This document shows positions 27,451 through 40,400 of a stretch of DNA of 64,000 bases, one piece after another. Each line of letters opens with the position of its first letter. Position 1 is the stretch's first letter. The DNA is from Eledone cirrhosa (lineage: Eukaryota), in NCBI GenBank assembly GCA_964016885.1, contig OZ024741.1, forward strand, positions 410,502,001 to 410,566,000. Reading direction: 5' to 3'. Below the pieces are notes generated by a model that was not told where the DNA came from, ran no database searches, and saw only the letters and a program-made list of their open reading frames with translations. The position numbers were made by a program, and so were the translations under genes.

Positions 27451-30400
27451 ACTGTCTCTGAGGAGCCTCTACTTCTGTAAATTAAATCACCAGCAACTAC
27501 TGTCTCTGAGCAACATCTACTTCTGTAAATTAAATCACCAGCAACTACTGTCTATGAGGAACCTAAACTTCTGTAAATTAAATCACCGGCAACTACTGTC
27601 TCTAAGCAACCTACACCTCTTCTAACGAAATCACCAGCACTACTGTCTTTGAGCAACCTCTACTTCTGTAAATTAAATCACCAGCAACTAGTGTCTCTCA
27701 GCAACGTCCACGTCTTCAAATTAATTCACCAGCAACTACTGTCTCTGACCAACCTCTACTTCTGTAAATTAAATCACTAGCAACTACTGTCTCTGAGCAG
27801 CCTCTACGTCTGTAAATTGAATCGCCAGCAACTACTGTCTAGGAGTGCCTCTATTTGTGTAAATTAAATCACCAGCAACTACTGTCTCTAAGCAACCTCC
27901 ACCTCTACTAATTAAATCACCAGCAACTACTATCTCTAAGCAACCACCACCTTTTCTAATTAAATCACCAGCAACCACTGTCACTAAGCAACCCCCACCT
28001 TTACTAATTAAATCACCAGCAACTACTGTCTCTGAGCACCCTCCACCTCTTCTAATTAAATCACCAGCAACTACTGTCTCTGAGGAGCCTCTACTTCTGT
28101 AAATTAAATCACCAGCAACTACTGTCTATGCGGAGCCTGAACTTCTGTAAATTAAATCACCGGCAACTACTGTCTCCAAGCAACCTCCACCTCTACTAAT
28201 TAAAATCACCAGCAACTAATGTCTCCGAGCAATCTCCACATCTACTAATTAAATCACCAGCAACTACTGTCTCTGAGGAGCCTCTACTTCTCTAAATTAA
28301 ATCACCAGCAACTACTGTCTCTAAGCAACCTCGACTTCTGTAAATTAAATCACCAGCAACTACTGTCTCTAAGCAACCTACACCTCTTCTAACGAAATCA
28401 CCAGCAACTACTGTCTTTGAGCAACCTCTACTTCTGTAAATTAAATCACCAGCAACTAGTGTCTCTCAGCAACCTCCACTTCTTCAAATTAAATCACCAG
28501 CAACTACTGTCTCTAAGCGACCTCCACTTCTTATAATTAAATCACCAGCAACTACTGTCTAGGAGGAGCCTCTATTTGTGTAAATTAAATCACCAGCAAC
28601 TACTGTCTCTAAGCAACCTCCACCTCTACTAATTAAATCACCAGCAAATACTGTCTCTAAGCAACCTCCTCCTTTTCTAATTAAATCACCAGCAACCACT
28701 GTCACTAAGCAACCTCCACCTTTACTAATTAAATCACCAGCAACTACTCTCTCTAAGAAACCTCCACCTCTACTAATTAAAATCACCAGCAACTACTGTC
28801 TCTGAGCACCCTCCACCTCTACTAATTAAATCACCAGCAAATACTGTCTCTAAGCAACCTATACTTCTGTAAATTAAATCACCAGCAACTACTGTCTCTA
28901 AGCAACCTATACTTCTGTAAATTAAATCACCAACAACTACTGTCTCTGAGCAACCTCCACCTCTACTAATTAAATCACCAGCAACTACTGTCTCTTAGGA
29001 GCCTCTACTTCTGTAAATTAAATCACCAGCAACTACTGTCTCTAAGCAACCTATCCTTCTGTAAATTAAATCACCAGCAACTACTGTCTCTGAGGAGCCT
29101 CTATTTCTGTAAATTAAATCACCCGCAACTACTGTATCTAGGCAACCACCACCTCTACTAATTAAATCCCCAGCAACTACTGTCTCTAAGCAACCTCCAC
29201 CTCTACTAATTAAATCACCAGCAACTACTGTCTCTGAGGAGCCTCTTTTTCTGTAAATTAAGTCACCCGCAACTACTGTCTCTAAGCAACCTCTACTTCT
29301 GTAAATTAAATCACCAGCAACTAGTGTCTCTCAGCAACGTCCACGTCTTCAAATTAAATCACCAGCAACTACTGTCTCTGACCAACGTCTACTTCTGTAA
29401 ATAAAATCACTAGCAACTACTGTCTCTGAGGAACCTCTACGTCTGTAAATTAAATCGCCAGCAACTACTGTCTAGGAGGTGCCTCTATTTGCGTAAATTA
29501 AATCACCAGCAACTACTGTCTCTAAGCAACCTCCACCTCTACTAATTAAATCACCAGCAACTACTGTCTCTAAGCAACCTCCACCTCTACTAATTAAATC
29601 ACCAGCAACTACTGTCTCTGAGGAGCCTCTATTTCTGTAAAATTAATCACCCGCAAATACTGTCTCTAGGCAACCACCACCTCTACTAATTAAATCCCCA
29701 GCAACTACTGTCTCTAAGCAACCTCCACCTCTACTAATTAAATCACCAGCAACTACGGTCTCTGGGGAGCCTCTATTTCTGTAAATTAAGTCACCCGCAA
29801 CTACTGTCTCTAAGCAACGTCCACGTCTTCAAATTAAATCACCAGCAACTACTGTCTCTGACCAACCTCTACTTCTGTAAATTAAATCACTAGCAACTAC
29901 TGTCTCTGAGGAGCCTCTATTTCTGTAAATTAAGTCACCCGCAACTACTGTCTCTAAGCAACCTCTACTTCTGTAAATTAAATCACCAGCAACTAGTGTC
30001 TCTCAGCAACGTCCACGTCTTCAAATTAAATCACCAGCAACTACTGTCTCTGACCAACCTCTACTTCTGTAAATTTAATCGCCAGCAACTACTGTCTAGG
30101 AGGTGCCTCTATTTGTGTAAATTAAATCACCAGCAACTACTGTCTCTAAGCAACCTCCACCTCTACTAATTAAATCACCAGCAACTACTATCTCTAAGCA
30201 ACCACCACCTTTTCTAATTAAATCACCAGCAACCACTGTCACTAAGCAACCCCCACATTTACTAATTAAATCACCAGCAACTACTGTCTCTGAGCACCCT
30301 CCACCTCTTCTAATTAAATCACCAGCAACTACTGTCTCTGAGGAGCCTCTACTTCTGTAAATTAAATCACCAGCAACTACTGTCTATGAGGAGCCTAAAC

Positions 30401-31179
30401 TTCTGTAAATTAAATCACCGGCAACTACTGTCTCTAAGCAACCTCCACCTCTACTAATTAAAATCACCAGCAACTAATGTCTCCGAGCAATCTCCACATC
30501 TACTAATTAAATCACCAGCAACTACTGTCTCTGAGGAGCCTCTACTTCTGTAAATTAAATCACCAGCAACTACTGTCTCTGAGCAACCTCTACTTCTGTA
30601 AATTAAAACACCATCAACTACTGTCTAGGAGGAGCCTCTATTTGTGTAAATTAAATCACCAGCAACTACTGTCTCTGAGCAACCTCTACTTCTGTAAATT
30701 AAATCACCAGCAACTACTGTCTCTGAGCAACCTCCACCTCTACTAATTAAATCACCAGCAACTACCGGCTCTGAGCAACCTCTACTTCTGTAAATTAAAA
30801 CAGCAGAAACTACTGTATCTCAGCAACCTCCACGTTTTCAAATTAAATCACCAGCAACTACTGTCTCTAAGCAATCTCCACTTCTTATAATTAAATCACC
30901 AGCAACTACTGTCTCGGACCAACCTCTACTTCTGTAAATTAAATCACTAGCAACTACTGTCTCTGAGCAACCTCTACTTCTGTAAATTAAATCACCATCA
31001 ACTACTGTCTAGGAGGAGCCTCTATTTGTGTAAATTATATCACCAGCAACTACTGTCTCTAAGAAACCTCCACCTCTACTAATTAAATCACCAGCAAATA
31101 CTGTCTCTAAGCAACCTCCACCTTTTCTAATTAAATCACCAGCAACCACTGTCACTAAGCAATTCCCACCTTTACTAAT

Positions 31180-31370
31180 TAAAATCACCAGCAGCTACTG
31201 TCTCTGAGCACCCTCCACCTCTACTAATTAAATCACCAGCAACTACTCTCTCTGAGGAGCCTAAACTACTGTAAATTAAATCACCAGCAACTACTGTCTC
31301 TGAGCACCCTCCACCTCTACTAATTAAATCACCAGCAACTACTCTCTCTGAGGAGCCTAAACTACTGTAA
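31180..31370 (+). repeat. 96-bp dimer duplicated
   Basis: GAGCACCCTCCACC followed by CTCTCTCTGAGGAGCCTAAACTACTGTA occurs twice in tandem. Confidence 0.85.
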
Positions 31371-33229
31371 ATTAAATCACCAGCAACTACTGTCTCTGAG
31401 GAGCATCTACTTCTGTAAATTAAATCACCAGCAACTAATGTCTCTGAGCAACCTCCACCTCTACTAATTAAATCACCAACAACTACTGTCTCTGAGCAAC
31501 CTCCACCTCTACTAATTAAATCACCAGCAACTACTGTCTCTGAAAAGCCTCTACTTCTGTAAATTAAATCACCAGCAACTACTGTCTCTAAGCAACCTAT
31601 ACTTCTGTAAATTAAATCACCAACAACTACTGTCTCTGAGCAACCTCCACCTCTACTAATTAAATCACCAGCAACTACTGTCTCTGAGGAGCATCTACTT
31701 CTGTAAATTAAATCACCAGCAACTAATGTCTCTAAGCAACCTATCCTTCTGTAAATTAAATCACCAGCAACTACTGTCTCTGAGGAGCCTCTATTTCTGT
31801 AAATTAAATTACCAGCAACTACTGTCTCTAAGCAACCTCCACATCTACTAATTATATCACCAGCAACTACTGTCTCTGAGCACCCCCCACCTCTACTAAT
31901 TAAATCACAAGCAACTACTGTCTCTGAGCAACCTCCACCTCTGATAATTAAATCACCAGCAACTACCGGCTCTAAGCAACCTCTACTTCTGTAAATTAAA
32001 TCACCAGCAACTACTGTCTCTGAGGAGCCTCTATTTCTGTAAATTAAATCACCAGCAACTACTGTCTCTAAGCAACCTACACTTCTTCTAACGAAATCAC
32101 CAGCAACTACTGTCTTTGAGCAACCTCTACTTCTGTAAATTAAATCACCAACAACTAGTGTCTCTCAGCAACCTCCACGTCTTCAAATTAAATCACCAGC
32201 AACTACTGTCTCTGACCAACCTCTACTTCTGTAAATTGAATCACCAGCAACTACTGTCTTGGATGAGCCTCTATTTGTGTAAATTAAATCACCAGTAACA
32301 ACTGTCTCTAAGCAACCTCCACCTTTTCTAATTAAATCACCAGCAACCACTGTCACTAAGCAACCCCCACCTTTACTAATTAAATTACCAGCAACTACTG
32401 TCTGTAAGCAACCCCGACCTTTACTAATTAAATCACCAGCAACTACTGTCTCTAAGCAACCTCCACCTCTACTAATTAAAATCACCAGCAACTACTTCTC
32501 TTAGCACCCTCCACCTCTACTAATTAAATCACCAGCAACTAGTGTCTCTCAGCAACCTCCACGTCTTCAAATTTAATCACCAGCAACTACTGTCTCTAAG
32601 CAACCTCCACTTCTTATAATTAAATCACCAGCAACTACTCTCTAGGATGAGCCTCTATTTGTGTAAATTAAATCACCAGTAACTACTGTCTCTAAGCAAC
32701 CTGCACGTCTACTAATTAAATCACCAGCAACTACTTCCTCTAAGCAACCTCCACCTTTTCTAATTAAATCACCAGCAACCACTGTCACTAAGCAAACCCC
32801 ACCTTTACTAATTAAATTACCAGCAACTACTGTCTCTAAGCAAGCCGCACCTTTACTAATTAAATCACCAGCAACTACTGTCTCTAAGCAACCTCCACCT
32901 CTACTAATTAAAATCACCAGCAACTACTGTCTCTGAGCACCCCCCACCTCTACTAATTAAATCACAAGCAACTACTGTCGCTGAGCAACCTCCACCCCTG
33001 ATAATTAAATCACCGGCAACCTCTACTTCTGTAAATTAAATCACCAGCAACTACTGTCTCTAAGCAACCTCCACTTCTTATAATTAAATCACCAGCAACC
33101 ACTGTCACTAAGCAATCTCCACCTTTACTAATTAAATCACCAGCAACTACTGTCTCTAAGCAACCTCCACATCTAGTAATTAAAATCACCAGCAAATACT
33201 GTCTCTGAGCAACCTCCACCTCTACTAAT

Positions 33230-36200
33230 TAAATCAACAGCAACTACTGTCTCTGAGGAGCCTCTACTTCTGTAAATTAAATCACCAGCAACTACTGTCT
33301 CTAAGCAACCTATTCTTCTGTAAATTAAATCACCAACAACTACTGTCTCTGAGCAACCTCCACCTCTACTAATTAAATCACCAGCAACTACTGTCTCTGA
33401 GGAGCCTCTACTTCTGTAAATTAAATCACCAGCAACTACTGTCTCTAAGCGACCTATACTTCTGTAAATTAAATCACCAACAACTACTGTCTCTGAGCAA
33501 CCTCCACCTCTACTAATTAAATCACCAGCAACTACTGTCTCTGAGGAGCCTCTACTTCTGTAAATTAAATCACCAGCAACTACTGTCTCTAAGCAACCTA
33601 TACTTCTGTAAATTAAATCACCAACAACTACTGTCTCTGAGCAACCTCCACTTCTACTAATTAAATCACCAGCAACTACTGTCTCTAAGCAACCTACACC
33701 TCTACTAATTAAATCACCAGCAACTACTGTCTCTGAGGAGCCTCTATTTCTGTAAATTAAATCACCAGCAACTACTGTCGCTAAGCAACCTAAACCTCTA
33801 CTAATTAAATCACCAGCAACTACTGTCTCTAAGCAACCTCCACCTCTACTAAATAAATCACCAGCAACTACTGTCTCTGAGGAGCCTCTATTTCTGTAAA
33901 TTAAATCACCAGCAACTACTGTCTCTAAGCAACCTCCACCTCTACTAATTAAATCACTAGCAACTACTGTCTCTAAGCAAACTCCACCTCTACTAATTAA
34001 ATCACCAGCAAGTACTGTCTCTGAGGAGCCTCTATTTCTGTAAATTAAATCACCAGCAACTACTGTCTCTAAGCAACCTCCACCTCTACTAATTAAATCA
34101 CCAGCAACTACTGTCTCTAAGCAAACTACACCTCTTCTAATTAAATCACCAGCAACTACTGTCTCTGAGGAGCCTCTATTTCTGTAAATTAAATCACCAG
34201 CAACTACTTTCTCTGAGCAACCGCCACCTCTACTAATTAAATCACCAGCAACTACCGTGTATGAGCAACCTCTACTTCTGTAAATTAAATCACCAGCAAC
34301 TACTGTCTCTAAGCAAACTACACCTCTTCTAACGAAATTACCAGCAACTACTGTCTTTGAGCAACCTCTACATCTGTAAATTAAATCACCAGCAACTACT
34401 GTCTCTGAGCAACCTCCACCTGTACTAATTAAATCACCAGCAACTACCGTCTCTGTGCAACCGCTACTTCTGTAAATTAAATCACCAGCAACTACTGTCT
34501 CTAAGCAAACTACACTTCTTCTAACGAAATCACCAGCAAGTACTGTCTTTGAGCAACCTCTACTTCTGTGAATTAAATCACCAGCAACTACTGCCTTTGA
34601 GCAACCTCTACTTCTGTAAATTAAATCACCAGGAAATAGTCTCTGAGGAGCCTCTACTTCTGTAAATTAAATCACCAGCAACTACTGTCTCTAAGCAACC
34701 TCCAACTCTACTAATTAAATCACCAGCAACTACTGTCTCTGAGCAACCTCTACTTCTGTAAATTAAATCACTAGCAACTACTGTCTCTGAGCAACCTCTA
34801 CATCTGTAAATTAAATCAACAGCAACTACTGTCTCTAATCAACCTGTACTTCTGTAAATTAAATCACCAGAAACTACTGTCTCTGAGGAGCCTCTACTTC
34901 TGTAAATTAAATCACCAACAACTACTGTCTCTGAGCAAGCTCCACCTCTACTAATTAAATCACCAGCAAATACTGTCTCTGAGCAACCTCTACTTCTGTA
35001 AATTAAATCACCAGCAACTACTGCCTTTGAGCAACCTCTACTTCTGTAAATTAAATCACCAGCAACTAGTCTCTGGGGAGCCTCTACTTCTGTAAATTAA
35101 TTCACCAGAAACTAATGTCTCAAAGCAACCTCCATCTCTACTAATTAAATCACCAGCAACTACTGTCTCAGAGCAACCTCTACTTCCGTAAATTAAATCA
35201 CCAGCAACAACTTCTCTAAGCAGCCTCCACGTTTTCAAATTAAATCACCAGCAACTACTGTCTCTAAGCAACATCCATTTCTTATAATTAAATCATCAGC
35301 AACTACTGTCTCTGACCAACCTCTACTTCTGTAAATTAAATCACCAGCAACTACTGTCTCTGAGGAGCCTCTACTTCTGTAAATTAAATCACCAGCAACT
35401 ACTGTCTCTAAGCAACCTATTCTTCTGTAAATTAAATCACCAACAACTACTGTCTCTGAGCAACCTCCACCTCTACTAATTAAATCACCAGCAACTACTG
35501 TCTCTGAGGAGCCTCTACTTCTGTAAATTAAATCACCAGCAACTACTGTCTCTAAGCGACCTATACTTCTGTAAATTAAATCACCAACAACTACTGTCTC
35601 TGAGCAACCTCCACCTCTACTAATTAAATCACCAGCAACTACTGTCTCTGAGGAGCCTCTACTTCTGTAAATTAAATCACCAGCAACTACTGTCTCTAAG
35701 CAACCTATACTTCTGTAAATTAAATCACCAACAACTACTGTCTCTGAGCAACCTCCACTTCTACTAATTAAATCACCAGCAACTACTGTCTCTAAGCAAC
35801 CTACACCTCTACTAATTAAATCACCAGCAACTACTGTCTCTGAGGAGCCTCTATTTCTGTAAATTAAATCACCAGCAACTACTGTCGCTAAGCAACCTAA
35901 ACCTCTACTAATTAAATCACCAGCAACTACTGTCTCTAAGCAACCTCCACCTCTACTAAATAAATCACCAGCAACTACTGTCTCTGAGGAGCCTCTATTT
36001 CTGTAAATTAAATCACCAGCAACTACTGTCTCTAAGCAACCTCCACCTCTACTAATTAAATCACTAGCAACTACTGTCTCTAAGCAAACTCCACCTCTAC
36101 TAATTAAATCACCAGCAAGTACTGTCTCTGAGGAGCCTCTATTTCTGTAAATTAAATCACCAGCAACTACTGTCTCTAAGCAACCTCCACCTCTACTAAT

Positions 36201-37460
36201 TAAATCACCAGCAACTACTGTCTCTAAGCAAACTACACCTCTTCTAATTAAATCACCAGCAACTACTGTCTCTGAGGAGCCTCTATTTCTGTAAATTAAA
36301 TCACCAGCAACTACTTTCTCTGAGCAACCGCCACCTCTACTAATTAAATCACCAGCAACTACCGTGTATGAGCAACCTCTACATCTGTAAATTAAATCAC
36401 CAGCAACTACTGTCTCTAAGCAAACTACACCTCTTCTAACGAAATTACCAGCAACTACTGTCTTTGAGCAACCTCTACATCTGTAAATTAAATCACCAGC
36501 AACTACTGTCTCTGAGCAACCTCCACCTGTACTAATTAAATCACCAGCAACTACCGTCTCTGTGCAACCGCTACTTCTGTAAATTAAATCACCAGCAACT
36601 ACTGTCTCTAAGCAAACTACACTTCTTCTAACGAAATCACCAGCAAGTACTGTCTTTGAGCAACCTCTACTTCTGTGAATTAAATCACCAGCAACTACTG
36701 CCTTTGAGCAACCTCTACTTCTGTAAATTAAATCACCAGGAAATAGTCTCTGAGGAGCCTCTACTTCTGTAAATTAAATCACCAGCAACTACTGTCTCTA
36801 AGCAACCTCCAACTCTACTAATTAAATCACCAGCAACTACTGTCTCTGAGCAACCTCTACTTCTGTAAATTAAATCACTAGCAACTACTGTCTCTGAGCA
36901 ACCTCTACATCTGTAAATTAAATCAACAGCAACTACTGTCTCTAATCAACCTGTACTTCTGTAAATTAAATACCAGAAACTACTGTCTCTGAGGAGCCTC
37001 TACTTCTGTAAATTAAATCACCAACAACTACTGTCTCTGAGCAAGCTCCACCTCTACTAATTAAATCACCAGCAAATACTGTCTCTGAGCAACCTCTATT
37101 TCTGTAAATTAAATCACCAGCAACTACTGCCTTTGAGCAACCTCTACTTCTGTAAATTAAATCACCAGCAACTAGTCTCTGGGGAGCCTCTACTTCTGTA
37201 AATTAATTCACCAGAAACTAATGTCTCAAAGCAACCTCCATCTCTACTAATTAAATCACCAGCAACTACTGTCTCAGAGCAACCTCTACTTCCGTAAATT
37301 AAATCACCAGCAACAACTTCTCTAAGCAGCCTCCACGTTTTCAAATTAAATCACCAGCAACTACTGTCTCTAAGCAACATCCATTTCTTATAATTAAATC
37401 ATCAGCAACTACTGTCTCTGACCAACCTCTACTTCTGTAAATTAAATCACCAGCAACTAC
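33230..37460 (+). repeat. 44-monomer higher-order repeat (2107 bp) x2, each copy starting with 144-bp trimer repeats
   Basis: TATTCTTCTG at 33311/35418 (2107 = 44x48-5). Identical ORFs at 35056/37162 (2106, after a 1-bp loss at ~36971). Many private variants are shared (GTCGCTAAG, CCGTGTATGAG, CAGGAAATAG, CTGGGGAG). Confidence 0.95.
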
Positions 37461-40400
37461 TGTCTCTGAGCATCCTCTACTTCTGTAAATTAAGTCACCA
37501 GCAACTAATCTGTGAGAAGCCTCTATTTCTGTAAATTAAATCAACAGCAACTACTGTCTCTAAGCAACCTCCACCTTTACTAATTAAATCACCAGCAACC
37601 ACTGTCTCTAAGCAACCTCCACCATTACTAATTAAATGACCAGCAAGTACTGTCTCTAAGCAACCCCCACCTTTACTAATTAAATCACCAGCAACTACTC
37701 TCTCTAAGCAACCTCCACTTCTTATAATTAAATCACCAGCAAATACTGTCTCTGACCAACCTCTAATTCTGTAAATTAAATCACTAGCAACTACTGTCTC
37801 TGAGCAACCTCTACTTCTGTAAATTGAATCAGCAGTAACTACTGTCTAGGATGAGCCTCTATTTGTATAAATTAAATCACCAGTAACTACTGTCTCTAAG
37901 CAACCTCCACATCTACTAATTAAATCACCAGCAACTACTTCCTCTAAGCAACCTCCACCTTTTCTAATTAAATCAACAGCAACCACTGTCACTAAGCAAC
38001 CCCCGCCTTTACTAATTATATTACCAGCAACTACTGTCTCTAAGCAACCCCCACCTTTATTAATTAAATCACCAGCAACTACTGTCTCTAAGCAACCTCC
38101 ACCTCTACTAATTAAAATCACCAGCAACTACTGTCTCTGAGCAACCTCCACCTCTGATAATTAAATCACCAGCAACTACCGGCTCTAAGCAACCTCTACT
38201 TCTGTAAATTAAATCACCAGCAACTACTGTCTCTAAGCAACCTACACCTCTTCTAACGAAATCACCAGCAACTACTGTCTCTGACCAACCTCTACTTCTG
38301 TAAATTAAATCACTAGCAACTACTGTCTCTGAGCAATCTCTACTTCTGTAAATTGAAACACCAGCAACTACTGTCTAGGATGAGCCTCTATTTGTGTAAA
38401 TTAAATCACCAGTAACTACTTCCTCTAAGCAACCTCCACCTTTTCTAATTAAATCACCAGCAACGACTGTCACTAAGCAACCCCCACCTTTACTAATTAA
38501 ATTACCAGCAACTACTGTCTCTAAGCAACCCCCACCTTTACTAATTAAATCACCAGCAACTACTGTCTCTAAGCAACCTCCACCTCTACTAATTAAAATC
38601 ACCAGCAACTACTGTCTCTGACCACCCTCCACCTCTACTAATTAAATCACCAGCAACTACTGTCTCTGAGGAGCCTCTATTTCTGTAAATTAAATCACCC
38701 GCAACTACTGTCTCTTGGCAACCACCACCTCTACTAATTAAATCACCAGCAACTACTGTCTCTAAGCAACCTCCACCTCTACTAATTAAATCACCAGCAA
38801 CTACTGTCTCTGAGGAGCCTCTATTTCTGTAAATTAAATCACCAGCAACTACTGTCTCTAAGCAACCTCCAACTCTACTAATTAAATCACCAGCAGCTAC
38901 TGTCTCTAAGCAAACTCCACCTCTACTAATTAAATCACCAGCAACTACTGTCTCTGAGGAGCCTCTATTTCTGTAAATTAAATCACCAGCAACTACTGTC
39001 TCTAAGCAACCTCCACCTCCACTAATTAAATCACCAGCAACTACTGTCTCGAAGAAAACTACACCTCTTCTAACGAAATCACCAGCATCTGCTGTCTTTG
39101 AGCAACCTCTACATCTGTAAATTAAATCACCAGCAACTACTGTCTCTGAGCAACCTCTACTTCTGTAAATTGAATCACCAGCAAATACTGTCTAGGATGA
39201 GCCTCTATTTGTATAAATTAAATCACCAGTAACTACTGTCTCTAAGCAACCTCCACCTCTACTAATTAAATCACCAGCAACTACTTCCTCTAAGCAACCT
39301 CCACCTTTTCTAATTAAATCACCAGCAACCACTGTCACTAAGCAACCCCCACCTTTACTAATTAAATTACCAGCAACTACTGTCTCTAAGCAACCCCCAC
39401 CTTTACTAATTAAATCACCAGCAACTACTGTCTCTAAGCAACCTCTACCTCTACTAATTAAAATCACCAGCAACTACTGTCTCTGAGCACCCTCCACCTC
39501 TACTAATTAAATCACCAGCAACTACTGTCTCTGAGCAACCTCCACCTCTGATAATTAAATCACCAGCAACTACCGGCTCTAAGAAACCTCTACTTCTGTA
39601 AATTAAATCACCAGCAACTACTGTCTCTAAGCAACCTACACCTCTTCTAACGAAATCACCAGCAACTACTGTCTTTGAGCAACCTCTGCTTCTGTAAATT
39701 AAATCATCAGCAACTAGTGTCTCTCAGCAACCTCCACGTCTTCAAATTAAATCACCAGCAACTACTGTCTCTAAGCAACCTCCACTTCTTATAATTAAAT
39801 CACCATCAACTACTGTCTCTGACCAACCTCTACTTCTGTAAATTAAATCACCGGTAACTACTGTCTCTAAGCAACCTCCACCTCTACTAATTAAATCAGC
39901 AGCAACTACTTCCTCTAAGCAACCTCCACCTTTTCTAATTAAATCACCAGCAACCACTGTCACTAAGCAACCCCCATCTTTACTAATTAAATCACCAGCA
40001 ACTACTGTCTCTAAGCAACCTCCACCTCTACTAATTAAAATCACCAGCAACTACTGTCTCTGAGCACCCTCCACCTCTACTAATTAAATCACCAGCAACT
40101 ACTGTCTCTGAGCAACCTACACCTCTTCTAACGAAATCACCAGCAACTACTGTCTTTGGCAACCTCTACTTCTGTAAATTAAATCACCAGCAACTAGTGC
40201 CTCTCGGCAACCACCACGTCTTCAAATTAAATCACCAGCAACTACTGTCTCTAAGCAACCTCCACTTCTTATAAGTAAATCACCAGCAAATACTGTCTAG
40301 GAGGAGCCTCTATTTGTGTAAATTAAATCACCAGCAACTACTGTCTCTAAGCAACCTCCAACTCTACTAATTGAATCACCAGCAACTACTGTCTCTAAGC

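Larger units (their letters stand above)
12700..30000 (+). repeat. ~8.4-8.8-kb tandem super-duplication (~12.7-21.2 kb vs ~21.2-30.0 kb), clearest for 17.1-21.2 kb vs 25.7-30.0 kb
   Basis: Marker offsets: 12874/21276 (8402), 16810/25215 (8405), 18010/26559 (8549), TGTCTATGCGGAGCCTGAAC 19591/28123 (8532), 19835/28559 (8724), TAGGAGGTGCCTCTATTTGCG 20701/29473 (8772), 21061/29881 (8820). Confidence 0.8.
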
